NCBI GenBank assembly: GCA_017499595.2
Contig: CM038998.1
Span: 1,612,001-1,676,000 of the forward strand
Length of the DNA: 64,000 bases
Origin: Psilocybe cubensis
Lineage: Eukaryota
Direction: 5' to 3'
Below, one piece after another: positions 11,494 through 23,106 of the stretch. Position numbers and translations under genes: made by a program. The stretch's first letter is position 1; the number at the start of each line of letters is the position of its first letter. The notes under the pieces were generated by a model. The model saw only the letters and a list, made by a program, of their open reading frames with translations. It did no database searches and had not been told where the DNA came from.

Positions 11494-13649
11494 ATGGTAT
11501 GCTTGTCTCTCATGCTCTTCGCGATCGACCGAGATCTTACCTGGCTGACTACTAGGAATCTCACCACCAAGATCCAGAGGAGCTTTATGTCAAGCAGGAC
11601 AGAATTGGTCCGTCTGCTGCATGTATCTTTGGAAACATATAGAACCCTAAACTGTCCACTTCTGCAGGTAAAGGCTCCTTTGGTGAGGTCTATAAGGGGT
11701 GCGTGATTAGCGATTGGGCCTTCGACTACTCTCTAATCTTATCGGTTCCGCAACAAGTTACGACAAGCGAACTCAGAAGACTGTCGCCATCAAGATTATC
11801 GATCTTGAGAGTGCCGAAGATGAGATTGAAGATATACAACAGGAAATTCAAATTCTGTCGCAGTTAGATTCCCCTCATGTTACCAAGTAGGCTCCTAATT
11901 CCATCGAAAACAGACCCTCCCGACTGAATACACCAATAGATATCACGGTTCGTTCCTTAAAGGATCAAACCTATGGATTGTTATGGAGTATGTACTACAT
12001 GTTACTTGACGGTGTCATCATTGTCTAATCCAATCATAGGTATTGTTCTGGTGGCTCATGTTCTGACCTGGTAAACACCACCATGATGATCTACTGGGAA
12101 TCTTCTCAAAATATCTACGCAGATGAAACCTGGTGTTTTTCGAGAAGAATATATTGCAATCATCGTCCGAGAACTACTTCGTGGTCTTGAATATCTGCAT
12201 GGCGAAGGCAAGCTGCACCGTGATATTAAAGGTATGCTCATTCTCGCTGACTCTGAACGGATCTTGCTCACATCCTCAAAGCTGCGAATATATTGCTCTC
12301 CGCAGGCGGTGAGGTGAAATTAGCAGATTTCGGTGTTTCTGGGCAGCTGTCTGGGACATTGTCAGCAAAGAAAAATACTTTTGTTGGGACACCCTATTGG
12401 ATGTCCCCTGAAGTAATAAAACAGAGTGGCTATGACCATAAGGCTGATATCTGGAGCTTGGGCATTACAGCCATTGAGTTGGCTAAAGGGGAGCCACCTT
12501 ATGCTGAATTACATCCTATGAAGGTTAGAAAACTTGTCATCTGTAAGGCTCTCGGTACTGATATGTTGGGAGCAGGTTCTGTTCTTAATACCTAAGAATC
12601 CTCCTCCAACACTGGATGGAAATTTTTCCAAACCGTTCCGTGAATTCGTTTCATTCTGCCTGCAACGCGACCCACGGGAGGTGAGCTACTGAGATTGAAT
12701 AAGTGAAGTTATCTAACTCTCGTGAAAAGCGACCGTCAGCAAAGGACCTCTTAAAGCACAAGTTCGTTCGTATGGCAAAGAAAACCAGCTACTTAACCGA
12801 GCTGATCGAACGGCATGAACGATGGAAAGCAGAAGGTGGAGGCAGGCAGGAAGAGAACGATAATGACGTGGACAACGACCTGTAAGTCTTTCGATTTCGT
12901 GTGCTTTTCCTGTGTTTCTATGTTTTTTTCCAGACAGGAAAATGGCGATCAAGATGATTTATGGGATTTCGGAACTGTACGACATGGAGGACGACCAAAC
13001 ACTATTGGGAGGTCTCAGAATTCAGTGCGGGTCCCTGGTCCTCCCTTGACATGGGAAAACAATTCGCCTACTTCTCCGCAGCACGAAGAGCCACCGCATT
13101 CGCCATCTAGACGGGTTGTATCCGGAGCTTCATACAGTTCCTCTGTCACTACGAAGGGCGAACTCCCTCCTTTGCCTCCTTCTGCTGGCACGCCACGGTT
13201 TGAACAAAGCACCGTTCGGCACATGCCCCAACCGGTGGAAAGACCAAAAGGCGGTTCACCTGTAGTTGTAGAACAGCATCTGACGGACGAATATGACGAT
13301 TACGATGACCAATTTGTTGATACCTACTCATCTGCCAAATCGGGAATGCTGCAACAGAAAATGCAGGAGATCCATCTGGAGGAGGATCTCCCAGACACCA
13401 CCATGCTCGACTCGGTTATTCTGCCTGCCATTGCTTCGGTAAGTAGTTATGAAATTCGATCGCCTTTGCTTCTAATTGAGCATTGACCCCTTTCAGTTAT
13501 TTCCTAGAGTTTCATCACAAGAGGCACGAGTTGCTTTGAGTGCTCTGCAAAGGGCATTTACAGATGCGGAGAGGATTATTCCTGGTGTGACCCTCGAGCT
13601 TGTTAACGAGATTGTGGATTCGGTTGAACACGTTGAGGATGATCGATGA
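11494..13649 (+). CDS. STE20-family GCK-III Ser/Thr kinase (MST3/STK24/Don3-like)
   Basis: [55 protein letters not shown]-terminal kinase domain plus C-terminal tail. First coding exon is only ATGG. Confidence 0.93.
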
Positions 13650-13930
13650 TGAGAATATGTAGTTCTAAGGACCAGATTGAAACTTAACGGACTTGCAACC
13701 GCACATCACACCCTACCGATTTTGTTGTTTGTTAATCCGAATTCGATGCTCGCTGTCTTGCAGATACCTCGACGACTCCACACACAGCCATGCCTGCTCG
13801 TTGCCCATCCTCCCTTGGTTTTCTTGCTTTCTGTATTTCCTGTATATCACCTCGTCCACATCCAATGTTACTTAGTCACAGATAAAATAAAGAAATTGAA
13901 TAATGCGGATGATACATGATCGATAATATG

Positions 13931-16900
13931 TCATGAGTTTGGTGCATCATCTTCCGGGGTGGCGCGTTTCTTTTTCTTCCCCAACGTTTTCTTTTTTGTC
14001 CTAACAACCTTGATTGGCTCAACAGGAGGTTCTCCAGAAACCTCGTACTCTGGAAAAGGCATCAATCGAACCGGCGTGGCAACACCGCTCGGCAAGGCAG
14101 ATATGGGTTGTGAACCTGCCTGTGGTCGAGGTGGAGTGGCAGCCGCAGGCATTTCCCCATCTCTCTCTATTGTGAATGATCCCGAGGAGAATGTGTTGGA
14201 ATTAGCTCGGAGGGTAGGGTACTTGCCGTCCGAAAAGCCTAAAGTACCAAAAAGTGATCAGATCCAACTACACTCAAAACCATAGTCATTTCTCACCAGG
14301 CATGGGCGGCATGTCTTCCAGATGGACAATTGGTATAGAATCGACATCATAAACATGAGGCTTTGGTTTATCGTCAAGAATATAATATGGATCGTCCCGT
14401 AGCTGTGCAAGCCGTTCTGCCTTTCGCTGACGCACATGTTAAGAATCCATATCAACAGATAAAAGATGAACAAATAACCACCTTCTCCCGCAGTGCTCTT
14501 TCTTCTGGAGATTCGGTGTCCGATTCCACAGGGGTGAGCACTTCGGAGTTGATTTTGGCCTTGGCTATCTTTTTCTTGTTCGATGAAGACGCCTCTTCTT
14601 TGCCTTTACCCTTCTTGACTTTCTTCTTTTTCTTCTCTGCCCCGTCGGCTTCCGGTTTCTCTAACTGTGGCGTTACTTCTCGTGGCGGAGGAACAATCCA
14701 AGCATCGAGATCCAAGCCTTCAGGTAGAGGGACACTAGCCTGCGCGTGCGTTGCTACGGGATTAAGCTCATAGACACTGAACAAAGGTTGAATGAGATAT
14801 AAGCTTTTAGGGAAACTAGGTTCGTCATGCTGGTCGAACCCGTCATTCAACGAGGGTCCAACTAATGATACAGGCGCTGAGAGGTCGGACTTTGGGCAGT
14901 AAGAATTCAGGTCGGCTTGGATGAAGACAAATAGCTCTACGGCATTTGCAGCCTATGAAATGAAGTTAGTCAGTACAAAGAAAAGTAGCAGACGGATATG
15001 CCTCACTCGCTCTTGGACTTCAATGTATTGACTTCCAGAAAATTCCCTTGTTCGGTTGAGGATTGACTCGACAACTTGTTTGACTTCGGGTAAGCTATCA
15101 TCTTCCCATTCTTGGGCTAGCTCGGATGCCCACATGCCAAATATCTTTGTTGCAGCCTGTATATACACTGCAATGATGTCAGAAGAAAGATTGTCTATTT
15201 CTGGTTGCAAAAGGTATGGTAGCAGTTTTTCAGGTTCAGAAAGCTCCCTGCCAAGTTTGTTATTTATATGATATAAGGATCTAGAAACCTGGACATACAA
15301 ACAATATTCCCCGCATATCCAGGCCGCGGCCCAGAGGACCTCCGAACAACTTCCAGGCTCGCCCGCATTTCTGGTGATTGTATCGTCACTCAGGAGAGAG
15401 TACATGAGCTTGACAGCATATCTCCTGACCCCTCGCACCCTCCCAACAATGTCAACGAGTTGATCGCGGATTTCAGAACCGATATCGACATTCGCCACAT
15501 GCGCCAGATCAACCAAGACAGATATATACCATTCAAAATTGGTGACATTTTCGTAGGTTGACTGTGAGCATAATGTTAATATGCGTTGGGCCAGGGTGAG
15601 ACGATAAGCAGGCGATTGACTTGGAGAAAAGGAATTTGGGGTGATTGGAGGTGCGGATGAGGCATTTTGAGATAGTGACTGGGTGGCAGTTTGAGGAACT
15701 GAAGAGGGATCTTTGACGAGATGCGCCAATAGCTGTTGTACAATTGATTGCAAATTACTGCGATTGACCTGTAGTCCATATCCTGATGGTTTAATACAGA
15801 GTTCATAAGATTGAGTGACAAATTTACCATCGCAGAAAGGAGATCTAAAGCTCTCATACGGATGCTGATATCCTGATCATTGACGCTCGATATGATAGTG
15901 TCTTGGTACTCCGTTATCAAATGCGGGTGTGTAGGGACAATCTTTGCCATTGCAAGCAAAGATATATACTTCACTAAAACAGATGATTGGTAAGAAAGTT
16001 GGCCTCGTCAAGTGAGAATCATACAGTTCTGGTCGGCATCCTGGATAAAATTAGCCAATTTAGAAACACATATTCTTGCTAAAGAATCGCCAGACGGTCC
16101 TTGGAGCATGCCCCCAATGATACATGTATGAACGCATTCATACAAGAGCGAAATGGCTGGTGTCGTTGAAATGAGTTCTGTTATTGGAGGTTGTAGTTTC
16201 TTCACCAGCCGAGGTTCATGAGGGGACAAAGATCCAAACTAGAGTAACAAAATTAGGACCGTTAGCACAAACTTGACGGTGAAATTACCAATTTAATGAT
16301 TTTGATGAGCATCCAGTTATTGGTCGACGAGGTGAGTAGGTGGAATAATTGGGGAGCCAGCATTAAGTAGTCTTTTGGGTTGCGACGGGCAAGCTCACAA
16401 AGGACATTGACAGTTGCGGCGACCACGGCTGCGAATGCTATTCATTCTGTGGCCAAAAAGTACGTGGAGGAAATCGCTCACAAGGATCGGGGTCTGTGAG
16501 CTTTTCTTCTAGGCGGGTACGCGCCTGGGATATAGCTTCAGGATATTTCATGAGTGTTTTATAGAGTGCAAGTATGGCCCGTTTTCGGATGTTAGGCCGG
16601 GAGTGGTTTAACATTGCTATGAGCTCAGGGGTAATATCCCTAGCAAGTTCAGGCGTAACAATGTGTGATAAGCCATCTAAGGTAACAGCAATGTCCGCAG
16701 GTGTTGATGTCAAATCCTAGAATACAGTAAAATGATGGAAACAGAACAGGGTATAGGTAAGCGCACTTTCTTCAGAGAATTGGTGGTGAGCATGAGCACA
16801 TCCGTATCTTGTTCAAATGACTGTGCGGCAGCTAAATAGCCAATACTTTTGAGATGCACTTTGGGAGATGACATGACCTCCACAACGTGGAATGAAGCCC

Positions 16901-17145
16901 AACTCATGTCATAACCCAGCATGTCTAGCTGTAATTGGAGGGATACCGTCAACAATTGGATTATTCTGTGGTTTTATCAATATACGCACGAATGTGAGCT
17001 TGAGAACAGCCCCTGCTTTCAACTCCATATCATCTGTTTTGATCTCATGTCGGATCTCATCTACAGCTTTCGCGATGAATTTGGCTTCATCTTTTTTGTT
17101 GGCGCGTAAACCTCGAATAAGATCCTGAAGTGTACGTTCCCACAT
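13931..17145 (-). CDS. APL5: AP-3 adaptor complex delta subunit
   Basis: MWERTLQDLIRGLRANKKDE, GYDMSWASFHVVEVMSS, HEPRLVKKL, DISIRMRALDLL and ELNPVATHAQASVPLPEGLDLDAWI are delta-adaptin signatures. Confidence 0.95.
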
Positions 17146-17625
17146 TCAATTTAGCGACTAAAAAGCGATACCGGGAAGGAGGGCGTTGACGAGAAACCGA
17201 GGAGGTATGGATATGCTACAATGAATCTACCAGTGTGAGGAAAGTGATGAGTAGTGAGCCCGACGCGCGAGCTTTTCAATGACACTTCAGGCAGATGACA
17301 ATGACGAATGTAGACCTATGTAGACTGCCCTCGTGATCCTTTTACATTTACGACAAGCGACAAGCGAGTCGGAAGTCCGTGTGACTCTGTGCACCGACCT
17401 CAGCTTGACGAGCGCCTCTTTTCGCTAACATTCCACCAGCCAAGGGTATTATTTCGCACCTATTTAGTTAATGGTCTGCAACCAAAAACTCCAAGGGAAC
17501 GCCTATCCATCCTAGCCAATACTTGTGTAGGTCAATGGGTTTCATTTTACTCACGGCACTTATCGAACCTTCAGTTTGCTGGAGGATATTATTTTTTTCA
17601 AGCGATTGAATCATCACCCTAGCGA

Positions 17626-19589
17626 ATGCTTTTGTCGGTTAGATCTTTCTTCAGTCTCACCAAACAACCCCACACATCGACCGCTGGAGCTCTAAAACAA
17701 AGGGCACATTCAAACCCGACAGACGAGGTTGATCCTCCTCCAGAAGTCAAGGTCACCAAACCAGATTTGGAACAGTTCAAACCTCAATCATGCCACTGCG
17801 GTCATCAACAACCTGAATTTTGTCCATATTGTGAATATGACCTTTCGATTCAAGTGGAAAGAGCCATTTCTTTAGTAAATGGGACACGCCCGGATATTGG
17901 TGAACCGACCAATTATGCCCAGATGGATGGGGCAGACGGCCCTCCTAGACGTCGAAAGTTACGCAAAACAAAATCTGTTTACTCACGATTAGATTTTGCA
18001 AAGTTAGACAACAAGACAAGCATCGCAATGCGTCCAAATTCGATGGTTTCCAATAATTCAAGGACACCTCTGCTCGATGACGAACAACCATCAAAATCAT
18101 ATTATCCTACACTTCCATCAGAGCGTAAAACTCCAAACAAGTTGGAAAAACGAGGACGTCCACGCACTGGCTCTCTACCCACCATGCGACACTCCACATT
18201 AAGTGATATATCGAACAATTTTACCCCGCAGCGTCCCATTAAAACCGTAAAATCAAAATCATTCCTAAATGTGAGTAAATCATAATCAATCTGGAGGTTA
18301 TTAAATGACAACATGGTTAATAAGTCCAGAGCTATCCGTTCGTTTGGGCCGCGCCCAAATCCCATATCAAAGAGCATTGAAACCGACGCTTTGGTTGCTC
18401 TTGCATGGACTGGGCAAGCATTATCCACATCTTCCCCATTTCCTACACCTGGTTCGAATAGCTCTTATTCGCCGTGTTCTGGATCGAGTTCCTTCTTGCT
18501 TTCTGCCACTTCATCCATCTCTGAGAATCAGTTATATCCCTCCACCAACTTGTTGTCGCCGGGTCTCACTGATGACAAGCGTCGGTCCGTTCTTCGTAAA
18601 CCAAAAGACCCCAACGATGCCAAGCTTGCTCCCAGACCCTGGACCCTTGCAATGGTAATAACCGATGATGGTGTCACAGATGAAAGACTTGTGAAAGACT
18701 TAGAGCAAATGCGAATCAAAGACCCGTCCATTGACACATCAATTATACCCGACAGATACCCTTTTCCTGAACGTTTCTTTGCGGACTATCAAACGCAACT
18801 CTACGACTCATTAGCGGAATACCCGCTTCAATCTGGAGAAGCAATACCAGATCCTATTTCTCCATCTGATGCGTCCTGGACATCTGCCCGTCAGGCGTTA
18901 CTGTTATGCCGTGAATTGGTTCGTACGGAGCGTCGGTATGTGTCATCTCTGAAGGTCTTGATTACAAATGGAACAAGTACACCTCCCCCATCACAAATGC
19001 TCCCTTATTTGCCTAGTCTAATCTCAGCAAGCGAATCTCTTCTGGTCCTCATGGAGGAAAACCCCAGTGTACAAGGCGTATCCCAGGCATTCTTGGCTTG
19101 TAATAATCAATTAGCAGAAGCTTTTATCAACTGGTGCGGCATTGTTGGCCAGTTTTTCGACTCTGATGATGGCGTTAAGAATAAAGGCAACCTAGAGGAT
19201 ACTGCAGATATTCATAAAAACTTTGTGCAACCCCCTATATCACCTCGACGAGTCCTTTCTGTAGAAAGCGTACTACCAATTGTTGTTACGGAACCCAACA
19301 AGATACGTAAAAACACCAAGGCAAGGCCTAGCGTTCGCGACCTGGCAATTTTACCAACACAGCGTATCATGCGCTACGTATTGTTATTCAAAGGTCTGCA
19401 TGTTTAATGATTAATTTGCACAACTATTATTAATTTCTGACTTGTTTTGCAGAACTTCGAGCCCTTACACCGGCGTCATATACCTCGTCTTCCTTTGTCC
19501 AACTTGCGGTTCAAGCTGCCGAATCGATAGCTCAGTCAGCTGATGAGGCTCAACGGCATACATCCTTCGTACAACCAACCAATCAATAG
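17626..19589 (+). CDS. Dbl-homology (RhoGEF-like) domain protein
   Basis: C-terminal DH motifs CRELVRTERRYVSSLKVL and DLAILPTQRIMRYVLLFKEL; long disordered S/P-rich N-terminus. Introns near 18271-18324 and 19394-19452; TAG at 19587-19589. Confidence 0.8.
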
Positions 19590-20298
19590 TCAAACTGTTT
19601 GCTATATGTATAGTAAAGTGTTTAATTTTTACGGCTTTGAAGCAAACTGTTGGTCTACCTATATCGTCGTCCGCCAAATACCAGCCAAGAAGTAGTCAAG
19701 AAAATGTATTGTGTATTCAGTTTGAGGTTAACTGAGCGCTCTATCTGATGATAACTTTTATAGTCCCAAGGCCCGTTACTCCAATCTGAGCATGATTGGC
19801 CGTCTCTTTTCGAATCTCCTTCGCTCCAATCCCATGACCAAATTCTGTATACCTAGGGGAATCCCTCCCACAGACAAAAAATACTGTCTACAGGCACTCC
19901 GATAGCATGTAGATTTTATCTTACCTCTTGAAGATATCCCGTTTCTAACTGCTCGTCCATCTGTTCTCTGCGTTGTGATAAGTCCCTCCGGTGACTGGTA
20001 AGCTGATTAGGCTGGTTATTAGGGTTTCCATGCATGAAATAGTGAACAAGTCTAACCGATACGCGGCATCGGATACCGGAGGATAACCGGATAATGTATT
20101 GGTCCACGATGTAGCCTACTTATCGCCAACAGGTGAGTTCTTTCAATTCATGACAGGTATTCACACGTGTGAACAGACGCAGTATCCGCCCTGTACATCT
20201 GGACGATGTTCGATGGTTTACCCACGAATACCAGCAATCTATTTAAATCGACCCCTTATGCATTCGAGAATGTGGTTATTCCCTGTATCACTTCCACC

Positions 20299-22959
20299 AT
20301 GAACAACAACGTTAAAGCGCAACCAGCATTTAAACTCGGGGAATTCTCTATTGACGATCCCCGACCTATAAAGGTCGCCATCATTGGCGCGGGTCACAGT
20401 GGTGTGTACATTGTCAGTTTGGAAAATTTTTATGGATTAACCAATATTCCTTGAGGTATTGTTGCTGGAATCAGGTAAGCTATCCGATATTTGGCTGCAT
20501 TCAGTCAAATAACTTCCACCAGGTTTCGACAACGAGTTCCAAACATGGACCTAACGATCTACGAGTCACTCCCTGCAGTAGGTGGTACTTGGTATGCCAA
20601 CAGATACCCGGTGCGTGCAATTATTGTCTTATATAACTTAGTGCGGTCTAATACTACCCTATTTCAGGGCCTCCAATGTGATATTCCTTCGCATGCAGTC
20701 AGTAATGTTTTGTTCTTGGTCATGTCTGTCTTCGTTAGATGTTAATCCAATAATTTTCCAGTACCAGCCTACATTTGAGACTAATGTATGCTTTCCACCT
20801 TGAATATTCATTGTAATATGCTTATCCCTTGCAAAGACAGAATGGTCTGCATTCTATGCTTCGGGGCGAGAAATACAACAGTTTATGGAGAACATGGTTG
20901 ACAAGTACCAGCTACGACCATTCATCAAATTACAACATCGACTCACGGCTGCTCATTACGCTGAAAAGTCTGGGAAATGGGAACTAACAATCAAACATCC
21001 CCGTAAAGCATCAAACACAAAAAAGAGCCATAACTATGCGAGCCCGGTTGATCAAGAGTGGGAAGAATTTCATGATACGGTAGATATCCTATTCATTGCA
21101 GTAGGACCGTTGAGCCGCTGGACATGGCCCGATATACCTGGACTCGAGAACTTTTCTGGAACAGTCGTTCATAGCGCTGATTGGAACATTGCCGATGATG
21201 AAGCATCTTTAGGCGACAAAAGAGTTGGAGTCATTGGTGTTGTATGTATAACCTGTTCAATTCAATGCTGCTGACTACACTTCCGCAGGGTTCTTCCGCC
21301 ATCCAAATTGTAGCGGCTCTCCAACCTAAAGTGAAGCATTTAGTCAATTATGTGCGAGGAAAGACCTGGATAGCTGCTATATTCAATAAACCTTCCCTGG
21401 ATAGGCTCTCTCAAGACAGTTCGGTGATTAACTGCAAGTTATCATTCAAGCTTTCACTAGTGTAACAATGTCGATCTCACGAGTCAACTGCCCCCCAGAC
21501 AAATTCACAGACAAAGACAAAGAAGCGTTTAAAGATCCTAAAGTTTACAATGAGTTCAGGAGGGAGATTGAAACGGATATGAATGTGATCTTCGATTTTT
21601 GACCCAGCCTATTATTGCGGTTATATGCTTACATTTGCGTGGTTAATAGCATGCTCATCCGGCTACACTACTTGGAAGTCCGCTGGAGAAAATGGCCAGG
21701 GAGGAGTTTACAGCCTCTATGCGTCAGAAATTAACAAAAAAGCCATGGATTGCAGATCATTGTTCGTCTCCCCAATGTTGCTGGATAACCCGCATTCACG
21801 TATACTCTCATCTATAGTGATCCCGGATTTTGGTGTTTGTTGTCGTAGACTTACGCCTGGGCCTGGCTACTTGGAAGCTCTGTGCGAAGATAATGTACAC
21901 TTACATTGTGCTACTTATACTTTAATACCACTGACCTCTCTCTTTTCATGTAGGTGACATTCGTCCCGAGTCTTATAAAAAATGCCACCCCAGAGGGAAT
22001 CGTCACTGTAGATGGCAAATTCGAAAAACTTGACATCATAGTTTGTGCAACAGGTATCTTTTGTTAACTTTCATTGCAAGGCATAGTCTCAGCAATACAA
22101 CCCTTCCAGGATTCGAAACATCTTTTCGTCTGGATGTGGATATCAGAGGAAGAAACGGAATCTCGCTGAATGATCATCATAATCCACATCCGCGCACATA
22201 TCTTTCGGTTGCGGTCGATGGCTTCCCGAATATGTTTCAAGCTTTAGGACCTAATGCGTCTGTCGGCGCAGGTAACCTTTTACTTATTATGGAACGACAG
22301 GTGGATTATGCAGTGGCAGCAACGTTAAAAATACAGAGGGAGCGCATCAAAAGCATTGAAGCTAAGTCAGAGGCCGTGGATGACTTTGATAAATATATTG
22401 ACGTAAGTTCATGTGTAAATGACCTCGAAGGGTATTGATTTGTCCACAATCATAGAGCTACTTCCCTACAGTTAGTTTCGTTCTTAGGTGTTGATAAGCT
22501 AATGTAACATCCCTTTTCAGACTGTGTTCGGGACCAAATGCCGGTCATGGTACAAAGCAGGAAAAACAGAAGGGCGTGTTGTCGCATTATGGCCAGGTAA
22601 ATACTTCGTTGTTAGTCGAAATTGTTCTGAATTACCATTGATTAGGTTCCCCCATACATGCTGCTCGGGCGCTTGCTCATCCGCGCTGGGAGGATTTCAA
22701 CTACGAATATCTTGATCCCAGCCAAAATCGACTCCATTGGCTTGGCGACGGAAACACTGTGGCGGATAGAGACCCTAACGGCGACAGTATGAACACATCC
22801 ATATCCAATAAGACACTACTTTTGAGCTGACGTCTAAAATTGCAGAAGCTTGGTACTTGCGACCTGAGAATATTGATTTTCCTCCTGGTATGATTCTTCT
22901 CTTTCCGTGGACTGTCTCAACCCTCATGTTTGCGACCAGTCCCGCAACACAAATTGTGA
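20299..22959 (+). CDS. Flavin-dependent monooxygenase, Baeyer-Villiger (BVMO-like) type
   Basis: CCACCATG start; VAIIGAGHSG (FAD), GGTWYANRYPGLQCD, fingerprint FSGTVVHSADW, second Rossmann VIGVGSSAIQ, CRRLTPG, ATGF. Ends VPQHKL*. Confidence 0.92.
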
Positions 22960-23106
22960 AGAATACAGACTTTTGCAGATTAATGTGACAAAATATCATG
23001 TTCGAATCTAGTACTATATTGTTACAGGAAAATATATAAATATATATGGCATCCGTCCATACAAAAAATATTCCGAAGAAAGCCAAGAGGTTATAGAATA
23101 AAATAC

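Noticed and set aside
17244..17340. GTGATGA box-C-like motif
   Set aside because: No box D (CTGA) at a suitable distance; it lies in the APL5/DH divergent promoter.
19745..19850. Possible C/D snoRNA (CTGATGA...CTGA...ATGATT)
   Set aside because: No terminal box D or stem, and no convincing rRNA complementarity that I could recognise.
20206..20298. In-frame upstream ATG extension of the monooxygenase
   Set aside because: A TATA-like box lies between the two ATGs and 20299 has the strong CCACCATG context.
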